Translations under genes and position numbers: made by a program
In this document: positions 50,432 to 59,126 of the stretch, in pieces
How the letters are laid out: every line of letters starts with the position of its first letter
Numbering within the stretch: the stretch's first letter is position 1
Notes under the pieces: model-generated
What the model was told of the DNA's origin: nothing
What the model saw: the letters and a program-made list of their open reading frames with translations, nothing else
Database searches by the model: none
Assembly: GCA_963727805.1 (NCBI GenBank)
Contig: CAVSHF010000003.1
Location: 1,504,001 to 1,568,000, forward strand
DNA length: 64,000 bases
Source of the DNA: an uncultured Nitrospiraceae bacterium
GTDB taxonomy: Bacteria; Nitrospirota; Thermodesulfovibrionia; Thermodesulfovibrionales; Dissulfurispiraceae
Direction: 5' to 3'

Positions 50432-50824
50432 TTACTGCGATGCCTCATGCAATCCCGCCTCCTGAGATACCTTAACGCCTGATGCATTCTCACCGCTGGG
50501 CAACATATCTAGCTGAAATGCTGCATTCTTTTCGTCAAAGATAATCTTGTAACCAAGGGTCTTAGATAGACCAATTCGAAACTTCCCCGATGAGAGATAA
50601 ACACTGCCGTCTGATAGTTCACCCACATCAACGCCCGTCGGGCCTCCCTTGATTTCAGCCAGCTTGTCATACCGGATACCTTCTCCGGCCTTATCAGCAA
50701 GAAACTTCCTCAGAATCATTTCGATCAAACATGAACGCGAGCATCCAGACTCACGGCTGATGTCATCGAGTAATTCCAACAGTTCCTGCTTTGTCCGGAA
50801 AGATACAGTCGCCGTTTTAAACAT
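50432..50824 (-). CDS. Ribbon-helix-helix (CopG-like) protein with C-terminal extension
   Basis: TVSFRT..EL.E.LD.ISRE.G.SRS.LIE..L; AGGAGG SD. Confidence 0.8.
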   Translation of the reverse strand: MFKTATVSFRTKQELLELLDDISRESGCSRSCLIEMILRKFLADKAGEGIRYDKLAEIKGGPTGVDVGELSDGSVYLSSGKFRIGLSKTLGYKIIFDEKNAAFQLDMLPSGENASGVKVSQEAGLHEASQ

Positions 50825-50870
50825 CTACAATCCTCCTTTCATCCATAATGTCAACCCAACCTGCCCCATT

Positions 50871-50962
50871 AAAAAAGCCCGAATCGATAAGAAAAGACTT
50901 CTTTTCTCGATCCGGGCTTTCTGGTGCCAAAGCAGGCGATTCTGCTGGTCAGCAAAGGACCC
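50871..50962 (-). ncRNA. Conserved leader RNA + terminator, copy C
   Basis: GGGUCCUUUGCUGACCAGCAGAAUCGCCUGCUUUGGCACCAGAAAGCCCGGAUCG...CGAUUCGGGCUUUUUU. Confidence 0.75.
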
Positions 50963-50981
50963 TAACAGTGCGAATAAGAAT

Positions 50982-51046
50982 ATTGTACCACCTGAGTATT
51001 ACCATTGAGTGACAAAGGCATTACAAAAGTTTTACAAATGTATGGA
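50982..51046 (-). promoter_or_regulatory. Pho-box-type promoter (copy C unit)
   Basis: Minus strand GTAAA, GTAAT, GTCAC, GTAAT at 11-bp period; 10 bp; TACAAT (50987-82). Confidence 0.75.
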
Positions 51047-51350
51047 GGTCGCGCGCAATTGAAAGTCCCGGATTCGATGAGCTACTTACCACCTGAAAGT
51101 CATGATTGTGGCAGGATTGGGAAGGTTTTCAAGACTAACTAACGGGAATATAGTAGAATTTTATGGTATTGCCGGAATATCGCTACCATCTTTTCTGCAG
51201 AAACCTGCCACCCCTGGGAAGGAGCAGCCCTTTGGTAAGAATGAGACGGTGTATTACTTTCATGCGAGAGGTGATACTGCATATGCTGTGCTCGCTACAA
51301 TGTGGCGCAGAATGTGGAGTTGAATGTTGGGGTGGAATGTTGGGGTGGAA

Positions 51351-51379
51351 TTGACAAAGAAGTAAGATTATCTTACAAT
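51351..51379 (+). promoter_or_regulatory. sigma70 promoter with operator palindrome of the TA operon
   Basis: TTGACA-17-TACAAT, overlapped by GTAAGAT-t-ATCTTAC (51362-76). Confidence 0.8.
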
Positions 51380-51423
51380 TGAATTGGACGCTATTGTGCG
51401 ATGGTAGGATGGAGGCGGTAGCT

Positions 51424-51696
51424 ATGAAGACTATTACGGTTTCCGCAAAAGGGCAGATTGCTTTGCCGAAGGAGATTCGGGAGGCCTTACGTATCGAGAC
51501 GGGTTCGCAGCTTACGCCGGTTATAAAAGACGGTAAGCTCATTCTTGAACCGGTCGTGACCATTCCACAGTCTCAGGCTTGGTTCTGGACTCCCGCGTGG
51601 CAAAAGAAGATTGCCAATTCGATGGACGACATCAAGAAAGGACGCGTTTGCACCTTCACGTCGGTCAAGGAAATGAGGAAAGCCCTTGGCTCTTAA
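51424..51696 (+). CDS. AbrB/MazE/SpoVT family antitoxin
   Basis: VSAKGQIALPKEIREAL and QAWFWT..WQ; GGAGG SD. Confidence 0.88.
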   Translation: MKTITVSAKGQIALPKEIREALRIETGSQLTPVIKDGKLILEPVVTIPQSQAWFWTPAWQKKIANSMDDIKKGRVCTFTSVKEMRKALGS

Positions 51697-51961
51697 GACA
51701 TCTTTCACGGAGTCTGCCATAGGCGATCTAAATAGACTCCCAAAAGAGATCCGTTTAAAATTCTTTGATCAAGGCGAGCGTCTTCTGAAAAATCCTGCTC
51801 ACCCTTCATTGAGAAATGAGAAACTATCCGGCCGAGAAGAATGGGCGTTCAGTATCACAATGAACTATCGTGCTGTTTACATTCGCACATACGAAGAAAT
51901 TATAATCGTTGCCGTCAGCACCCATAAGGATGCGTTAGGGAACGGGCAGAATGCCAGATAG
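51686..51961 (+). CDS. RelE/ParE-superfamily toxin
   Basis: FTESA..DL..LP, NPAHPSL..EKL.G and YRAVY; overlaps the antitoxin. Confidence 0.8.
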   Translation: MALKTSFTESAIGDLNRLPKEIRLKFFDQGERLLKNPAHPSLRNEKLSGREEWAFSITMNYRAVYIRTYEEIIIVAVSTHKDALGNGQNAR

Positions 51962-52552
51962 CGGACTGGGGAGTCTATCGCTTGTGTCGAAGCGGCATGC
52001 AGTTTGTCTTTGCCAGTTAAAAGGATGGACTCAAGAGAATGACCATAGGGGGATACTGCAGAAGCATAGGGGAGCGGAATATTTTCTGCTTGAAGAGGTG
52101 AATGGCGGGCCGAAAGATCGTGCCGAGGCCAGACCTTGCATGAGGCCGCAGCAGCAAAACCCTCTGCTCAATATACTAGAGAAGCGTGAGGCAGCTTTGT
52201 GGAGTTCAGATGGTAAAATTGCGTGTGTGCGCAGGTGGGCAGGGTTATGAGCGCATGACACTGAAGATGACTTTGTTGAACATCAAATTGGCTCTCCTGA
52301 GCCAGTCAATGGAAGCAGGAAATATTCGTGGTCTCAGGTAGTTCCAGAGTGCCTTAAAGACCGGAGATGCTCTGCCACAGTTGCTGGATCGCTTTGATTA
52401 GCTGGATCAAATGACGCCTTCTTTATGCTACAAGTAGAGCAAGTGTTCTGCAAGCTCAGCCAGGACTATCATCGGATTGGGTTAAAATTGCACGATGCTG
52501 TGTCTCTAAGATCTTTGTTTGCCCCTTCTTATCCTTACCATGTCGCTGCAAA

Positions 52553-53356
52553 CTAACAGCGGTTCAGCACAAACCCCAGGATCTTCTCCTTCGGAAGAAA
52601 CTGGATTGCTTTCTTTACATCATCCATCGAAGTTTTGCCGGCTTGTACAACGATAATTACATAGTCGACGAGAGGGGCGAGAGTCAGAACATCTGCCCCC
52701 GTAAGAATGGGAGGAACATCAAAAAGTATGTAACGTTCTGGATAGCGTCCTTTCATTTCAGCTATGAGTTCTTTCATACGCGGCGACCCGAGCATCTCGG
52801 CGCTTTCCAGGAAAGCCCTCCCTCCGGAAATCAGAGTCATCTTCTCAATCCCCGGCCAGGTGATCAGTTCGGAAACAGGTGATCCATCGGCAAGATAGTC
52901 TATCAGTCCCTTTTCACCCGCGCATCCAAGGTATTTATGAATACTTTGTTTCCTCAAATCACCGTCAACCAGCAGGACCGTATGCTGGAACTCCCGCGCA
53001 AATGTGAAGGCAAGATTAATGGCAGTAATCGTCTTGCCCTCTCGCGGTAAGGCACTTGTAACCATAATCGTATTGCCCCCGGTGCCTTGGCGTCGCCGCA
53101 GAATCTGCGTCCGCAGGACCCTGAAGGCCTCTGCTTCCGGAACATTGTCCAGGTAAGCCAGACACCGATTACACGCGATGAATCCCGGGTCCAGATGAAT
53201 GGTCCGGGATTGAGAATAAGTCGGCGATATCCATCCGGGCTTCTCCTTGTCGTTCTCTTCCAGATTGTTCTGCATGGAGGGCGTTGGGGCTTCTTCCTTT
53301 AGCGTCCCCGGCCTTTTTCTCAACAACTTTATAGTTTCCCTGATCTCATTTATCAT
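52553..53356 (-). CDS. CpsD/CapB polysaccharide tyrosine autokinase
   Basis: EAFRVLRT, TSALPREGKT, LLVDGDLR and FDVPP. Confidence 0.9.
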   Translation of the reverse strand: MINEIRETIKLLRKRPGTLKEEAPTPSMQNNLEENDKEKPGWISPTYSQSRTIHLDPGFIACNRCLAYLDNVPEAEAFRVLRTQILRRRQGTGGNTIMVTSALPREGKTITAINLAFTFAREFQHTVLLVDGDLRKQSIHKYLGCAGEKGLIDYLADGSPVSELITWPGIEKMTLISGGRAFLESAEMLGSPRMKELIAEMKGRYPERYILFDVPPILTGADVLTLAPLVDYVIIVVQAGKTSMDDVKKAIQFLPKEKILGFVLNRC

Positions 53357-53389
53357 TAGAACCGCTCCCTTTCAAGCTCTCTTTTAAAT

Positions 53390-54961
53390 TCACTGGGCCA
53401 AACGCCTGCCAACGCGTGCCCAGAGAACATCCAGATCCATCACGAAGAAATGAATAAACAGGACCGCAACCACCACTAGGACGACCACGGTGCCGGCGAG
53501 TACCTTCCGGCGCTGCTTCTTCCTCAGTTCATCCTCCAATGTGACAATCTCTGGTATCTCTGCGAGGACCGGGAAGGGACCTGCTATCGCCAGGTCTTCG
53601 GACCGGCGCGCTGAGTGATCACTGGTTTCTTGCAGAGCAGCAGTTCCAACGCCTGCTCCTATTCCAAGAATGAGCCCGATCAGGAGGATAACTGGGCGAT
53701 TTGGTCTTACAGGCTTCTCAGGCAGTCTCGCCGGGTCGATCAATGTAAATCGCTCACCGATATTGCCCTTTTCCAGCCCCTGGGCTACCTTTGCTTCCAT
53801 ATACTTTTTAGTAAGATCTTCATACTTGGCCTGCGTATTGTTTCTGTCCACCACCAGATTCTTGTAGCCTTCTTCCACCCTGGGAGACATTTCCATTCTT
53901 CTTTGGTATTCGTTTTTCTTTTTTTCGAGCTCGCTGATTTGTCGTTGGACCGAGCTTATCTCTGACTGCGTGCTTGCCAGTTGAGAATCGAGCGCTATGT
54001 AAGCAGGATTATCCGGTTTTTTCGCAATGGCTTTTTGCTTTTCAGGAGAATCCAGTATTTTTTCAAGTTCAGCGATTTCTTTTTTGGTTTTGATGACGTC
54101 TGGATAAGCATCAGAATAACGGGTCTTTTGGCTCGATAATGCCACCCTTAACTCCTTTAGGCGATCCTTGTTCTGGGTTTCAGCATCAGGGACCATACTT
54201 GCCAGCTGGGTCTGCAGGTAACTTTCCTTCTCCTTAAGGGTGCGCAGTTGATCGGTGAGCTGCTCATACATCCTATTATTCGCATCAAGAGTCTGGAGGT
54301 TAAACTGAAAAAGTTCAGGCAAAGCCAGGGGATTCTTCTCTTTGTAAACAGCTATCGCCTTCTCTAACGCGAGGAGCTTAGCCTGTACGGAATTCACTTC
54401 ATCTTGCAGGAATTTTGTGGTCCCTGACGTCTGCTCACTCGTGACCTTGATGTTCTCTTCAAGATACAGAGATGCCAGGACATTGGCAACCTGTTGGACC
54501 ACGACCGGATTTTTCCCTTCATATGAAACAGTAAATGCAATGGTCGCCGCCGTTTTCTGACCCGTCCGCCGGTCTATGACGTCTGCCATGACGGTTTCGA
54601 ACTTGATATCTTTTTTTCGCATGTTCTCGACTATCTCTTCGGTGGTGGATTTATTGCGCTTATCCGCATAGAGATTGAACTTGTTGATTATTTCAACAAG
54701 ACGCGCCGAGCTCATGATTCTCTGGTTGATCATCTGCAGGCGCTGTTCCGCATAACTGGTCACAGTCGCCATAACATAGTCACGTGAAATTTCCTGTTCC
54801 TCGATAAGGATTGTTGATGTGGAACGATAAACAGGGTCCCATATGAGAAGGACAAGCACCGAAAGAATGACCGCTGAGAGTGCCGGCACTAAAACCGCCC
54901 AACGTCGCCGCTTGATTATTTTGATAACATCTTCGATATTTATTGCTTTATTTTGCTCCAT
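53390..54961 (-). CDS. GumC/Wzc-type chain length determinant
   Basis: N- and C-terminal TM segments, coiled coils, YPDV and IDPARLPEKP..PNR. Confidence 0.88.
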   Translation of the reverse strand: MEQNKAINIEDVIKIIKRRRWAVLVPALSAVILSVLVLLIWDPVYRSTSTILIEEQEISRDYVMATVTSYAEQRLQMINQRIMSSARLVEIINKFNLYADKRNKSTTEEIVENMRKKDIKFETVMADVIDRRTGQKTAATIAFTVSYEGKNPVVVQQVANVLASLYLEENIKVTSEQTSGTTKFLQDEVNSVQAKLLALEKAIAVYKEKNPLALPELFQFNLQTLDANNRMYEQLTDQLRTLKEKESYLQTQLASMVPDAETQNKDRLKELRVALSSQKTRYSDAYPDVIKTKKEIAELEKILDSPEKQKAIAKKPDNPAYIALDSQLASTQSEISSVQRQISELEKKKNEYQRRMEMSPRVEEGYKNLVVDRNNTQAKYEDLTKKYMEAKVAQGLEKGNIGERFTLIDPARLPEKPVRPNRPVILLIGLILGIGAGVGTAALQETSDHSARRSEDLAIAGPFPVLAEIPEIVTLEDELRKKQRRKVLAGTVVVLVVVAVLFIHFFVMDLDVLWARVGRRLAQ

Positions 54962-54992
54962 GCAGAGTCCTTTCCATTTTTTATAAATGCCA

Positions 54993-56222
54993 CTACTCTA
55001 AAACTGGATGCTGGATATACAAGCGCAGAGAGAAGAGATGCCTGTTCGCCTTAGTTGTCGTTGCCATATCGTTTACCATAACATAGTCGTACGACCCCTC
55101 TGCAAACATATCTCTTGAGAATTCGTAGCGAATCCATGGATTGATATGGAAGGTCCGCTGTTTGATCGTCTGTGAAGAAAATTTCTGCGAGTTCGAATCA
55201 TTAATAAAATATTCGGCAGTGAAATTGAGCAAGAATTCGTATGAAATCCTGTGCTGGGCCGAAAGAGCCAGGGAATCACGCACCGCTGCACCCCCCAGTC
55301 CGACTGCCGGCTGAACGAGTCTGCTGTAAGAGAGACTCCCCGAACCGACTTCACCCTTGAAATTCAGCGAAGCACTGCCTACCCAGCCCCAGCCGGCATT
55401 CTTGACTTGCTCACTCACCACCTGGTTACCAATCTGAATCGGAAATCCAAAGAAGAAGCCGTAGACAGGCTCCAGCTGTGTTATAGTTATATCCGCCCGG
55501 GTATGCTGGACCCCGCCATCAGCCTGAATGCTCCACACTTCGTTGAAATCCCGCGAAAAGCCGACAGTGCCCGTCACACTGCCTATGTCGGAGCCGATGA
55601 AAGAATAATCACTGTACGTCGCATTTATCCTTCCCTTCACAGCGGGGAAGTATGTGCCCAGATCATAGACAAGCCCTGCATTGACGTTATGGGATGTATC
55701 GTCAAGATACTTTTCACTGGTAAACTGGTCTCTGCCGTATCCATAGGATGCAGATAGCGCTGCCTTTTCGGTAAGCTGATAATCAGCCGACAGCGAAGAG
55801 GTAATATTTTGACGAGGTACTGCTGACAAAACAATGCCTGTGGTTTCTATGGCACGGTCAGGACGCGAATCTTTTATATAACCGGCTGCGGCTGATAATC
55901 TCAACAGTGGCGTAAGGAGATATTGTAAACTGCCGTTGTATGTCTGGTCTGTGGCACTTAGGTCCCTGTTGTTAGTGTATTCAATGCGGTCCAGTCTGGC
56001 TAGCACATCCATATTAATCCGCTCTGTGTTATTAACCATTTCGAGCCCGGGAGACAAAGTAGTGATAAAATCGTCTTTTTTATCACTTGAAGAAAGAAAA
56101 ATATTATTGTTGTATTCCTCTTTGACTGAAAGGCAAGGTACAATACGGAACTCATTTCCCCATGCAAAGGCGGGACAGGCAACCAGAAAGATAATAACAA
56201 GGATGATGGACCGATAACTCAT
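54993..56222 (-). CDS. EPS-associated outer-membrane beta-barrel
   Basis: Signal peptide; EEYNNNIF...DDFITTLSPG; alternating beta-strands. Confidence 0.78.
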   Translation of the reverse strand: MSYRSIILVIIFLVACPAFAWGNEFRIVPCLSVKEEYNNNIFLSSSDKKDDFITTLSPGLEMVNNTERINMDVLARLDRIEYTNNRDLSATDQTYNGSLQYLLTPLLRLSAAAGYIKDSRPDRAIETTGIVLSAVPRQNITSSLSADYQLTEKAALSASYGYGRDQFTSEKYLDDTSHNVNAGLVYDLGTYFPAVKGRINATYSDYSFIGSDIGSVTGTVGFSRDFNEVWSIQADGGVQHTRADITITQLEPVYGFFFGFPIQIGNQVVSEQVKNAGWGWVGSASLNFKGEVGSGSLSYSRLVQPAVGLGGAAVRDSLALSAQHRISYEFLLNFTAEYFINDSNSQKFSSQTIKQRTFHINPWIRYEFSRDMFAEGSYDYVMVNDMATTTKANRHLFSLRLYIQHPVLE

Positions 56223-56878
56223 CAGGGAATAACTACGACGTCACCCCGTTTGAGCCTGATATTCTGCTCAAGACGCTTGCCGTCAACCACCTCGTCATAC
56301 TCAAATGGCAATATAGTCGTTTCATTTTTTCCCCGTCTGAATACCTTGATCCTGTTCCTTTTTGCATAAACGTTAAGACCTCCGGCAGTGGCGAGAGCCT
56401 GCAGTACATCCACATTGGTATTCATGACGAATCGGCCGGGAGTATTGACTCTTCCAATGACGTAAATGATCAGACTGTTTACCTGCTTGATATCCATATA
56501 TAAGTTTGCCTCTGGGACATAAGGTTCGAGTCTTTTTTCAATCTCCGCTTTAAGTTGTGAAGCCGTCCTTCCAGCAGCCTGTATATCCCCGATCAGAGGG
56601 AATGAGATCAAGCCATCCGGTCGCACAGTGCACGAACGGGTTAAGGCTTCATCCTTCCACACGGCAATATCCAGAACATCCCCCGGTCCGATGATATACC
56701 CTCCTTCAGCGGGCACCTTTGTGGACGGTGACTCTGCATTCAGTGCAACGGCATTACCTTCGGACACTGATGCTGTAGTTGCAGAATTCTCAGCATCTTC
56801 GCCTTCAGCCCACATTATTGCTGATGAGGAAACTACCAGCATCCAAGCTATCATCAAAATCAACATGGTTCGAAGCAT
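56222..56878 (-). CDS. Wza-like polysaccharide export protein
   Basis: YIIGPGDVLDIAVW, VRPDG.ISFPLIG, SLBB domain and L..GDVVVIP. Confidence 0.92.
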   Translation of the reverse strand: MLRTMLILMIAWMLVVSSSAIMWAEGEDAENSATTASVSEGNAVALNAESPSTKVPAEGGYIIGPGDVLDIAVWKDEALTRSCTVRPDGLISFPLIGDIQAAGRTASQLKAEIEKRLEPYVPEANLYMDIKQVNSLIIYVIGRVNTPGRFVMNTNVDVLQALATAGGLNVYAKRNRIKVFRRGKNETTILPFEYDEVVDGKRLEQNIRLKRGDVVVIP

Positions 56879-56955
56879 TTTTTTTCGCTCCTCCTAAATT
56901 TATACAGGGACGGGTAGTAAACAACCCGCCCCTGCATTGATCATTTTTTCAGCTT

Positions 56956-58950
56956 CTAATGGATTCCAGCCACGGTTTTCTCTGCCTCCTCCTTGCCCGG
57001 GAAACCGACTTTGGAATTCAGGGCAATCTGGAGATATTCTTTTGCCTTTCCTGTATTGCCTGCCCGGTAGTAGGCCATCCCCAGATGATAATTGATCACT
57101 GGGTTCCCGGAGGCCTTTGCCTGCGCCTTTGTGAGCGCAATCAGTGCCAGATTCAGATCGCCTTTTCGGTAATTGATCCAGCCTTCGGTATCGTATATGG
57201 CGGGATGATCCGGGTAAAGGGATTTAGCCTTCTCAACAAGAATAAGAGCACGGTCAAGATCCTTCTTGCCATTGCCGTATTCACTTAACAGGTAGGCCAG
57301 GTCGTTCGTAGTGGACCATATTTCAGGATGAATTCGAACTATGTGCTCCAATTCTGCGATAGCACGGTCCCATTTCTTCTGTGCACCATATAAGGCACTC
57401 AGTTTCACATAACTCAACGGATTATTCGGGACGCGCTTCTTGATATCCTCGTACGCCCCTTCAGCACGCTTAAAGTCACCCGCAAGCATCATAAGGTCTC
57501 CCAAATCTGCCCTCACATCCAGATCGTTCGGGTTCTTATCCAGGATGCTGCGATACTGGGATTCGGCATTCTTGAAATCTTTCTGCGCGGCGTAGATGCG
57601 GGCCATGGCTCTAATTATGTCCCTTGAATCTGGCGCAATTTTTAATGCATTTTGAAGAGTGTCGAAGGCAAGGTTCATTTCCTTATTCATAGCATGTGCC
57701 TCGGCAAGGCTGATGTAACCCGGTATAAATGTCTGCCTTTCGTTGATAACAGTCCGGAATGACGAAACTGCCTGAACGCCTTCCTGCTTTCTGAGATGGA
57801 TAGTTCCGGCGATATAATTGGCATCCACGTTCTTAGGACTTTCCTTGAGCACTTCATCCGCATACTTCTTCGCCTTGTCGATCTCCTGTCTTGAAAGGTA
57901 GAACTGCGCCAAAGAATTTTTTGCATGAAGGATGTTCGGATTCGCCGAATCTCTCTCCAATCCCAGACATTCCTTCAGCATGGACTCTGCTTGCTCCGGA
58001 CGGTTTGTACTTAAATAGAAAGCACTCAGAGCAAAGCGAATCTGGAAGCTTTTTGCATTCTGTCGTATTCCTTCCTTCAGCTGCTGCTCAGCTTCGGCAG
58101 GCTTATTTCTTGAAGCATAGAAATCCGCCGCCTGTATCCACCGGTCTTCCTTTTTCGGATCAGCAGATACAAATGACTTCAGGACATCGGCTGCCTGCGG
58201 CTCTTTGCCCAATCCCCAATAAATCCCGGCCAGAGCCAGGCGGTGCTGACTTACCTCAGGCTCTATTGCAATAACCTTTTGCATAAGGTTCACCGCTTCA
58301 TCAGACCTTTTGTTCTTCAGATAAAAATCAGCCAGGGCAAGATAAAGCGGAATCGCTTTCTCATTGGCCTTGATACCTTCACGCAAGGTATTCTCCGCTT
58401 TTTGTGTATCGCCTTTATAAGCGTATATTGAAGTCAGAAGTAAGTAGCCGTCAGGTTTATGGACGTCCCTGCCCACAACGGATTCCAAGAATTGCCGTGC
58501 GCTGTCGACATCCTTCTTTTGCAACAGGACAGCTCCTTTTAAGATCAGAGCATCCTCTTTTTTCGGTTCGGCTTTTAAAACAAGTTCCACCTTCTCCATT
58601 GCCTCATCCGTCTTACCGGCGCTCAATAAAAATCTGCCCAACTGGATATGGGCGTCCCAATGCTGCGGTGCCAATTCGATTACCTTTAAAAAGGTTCCGT
58701 AGGCCGCCCTGGGGTCTCCCGATTTCAAAGCGATCATCCCGAGCATGAAATATGCGTCGGCATATTTAAGGTCGATCTGAACGGCATTTTTGAACTCCAG
58801 TTTGGCTTTTACATAATCTCCCTTTTCATACAACTCCTTGCCTTTATTATAAAATTTGAGCTTTTTTTCTTCAGGACCACTACAGGCCGCTAAGATCGCG
58901 ACGATCAACAGCAGTAAAACTCCTATAAACAGCTTGTTTTTTCTGAACAT
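56956..58950 (-). CDS. TPR lipoprotein (PrsT-like)
   Basis: Lipobox LAAC, many TPR repeats, NDLAYLL and DTEGWI. Confidence 0.8.
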   Translation of the reverse strand: MFRKNKLFIGVLLLLIVAILAACSGPEEKKLKFYNKGKELYEKGDYVKAKLEFKNAVQIDLKYADAYFMLGMIALKSGDPRAAYGTFLKVIELAPQHWDAHIQLGRFLLSAGKTDEAMEKVELVLKAEPKKEDALILKGAVLLQKKDVDSARQFLESVVGRDVHKPDGYLLLTSIYAYKGDTQKAENTLREGIKANEKAIPLYLALADFYLKNKRSDEAVNLMQKVIAIEPEVSQHRLALAGIYWGLGKEPQAADVLKSFVSADPKKEDRWIQAADFYASRNKPAEAEQQLKEGIRQNAKSFQIRFALSAFYLSTNRPEQAESMLKECLGLERDSANPNILHAKNSLAQFYLSRQEIDKAKKYADEVLKESPKNVDANYIAGTIHLRKQEGVQAVSSFRTVINERQTFIPGYISLAEAHAMNKEMNLAFDTLQNALKIAPDSRDIIRAMARIYAAQKDFKNAESQYRSILDKNPNDLDVRADLGDLMMLAGDFKRAEGAYEDIKKRVPNNPLSYVKLSALYGAQKKWDRAIAELEHIVRIHPEIWSTTNDLAYLLSEYGNGKKDLDRALILVEKAKSLYPDHPAIYDTEGWINYRKGDLNLALIALTKAQAKASGNPVINYHLGMAYYRAGNTGKAKEYLQIALNSKVGFPGKEEAEKTVAGIH

Positions 58951-59126
58951 CGGGCTAACCTCCACTTTGTCGCAGTTGTTGGGGACGCACTGATTACTGG
59001 CGAGCCCCTCCCGGCAGACGAGCCCCTATAAAGAAGATGTATTATTGCCTGACGACTATTACGGTAAGATGAAAGGCAGGTTAAACTTCTGTGAAATTCC
59101 CTGATTGATTAGAGATTGTGCAGTAT

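Noticed and set aside
43393..50962. Leader motif as a c-di-GMP-I riboswitch or ops/JUMPstart element
   Set aside because: It lacks the GGCAAA/GNRA-receptor two-stem consensus and the GGCGGTAG ops sequence.
51310..51351. Short tandem repeat AATGTTGGGGTGG as CRISPR or iteron
   Set aside because: Only 2-3 adjacent units, with no spacers and no cas or rep gene.
51951..52520. 99-aa ORF and possible gene debris after the toxin
   Set aside because: No recognisable motif.
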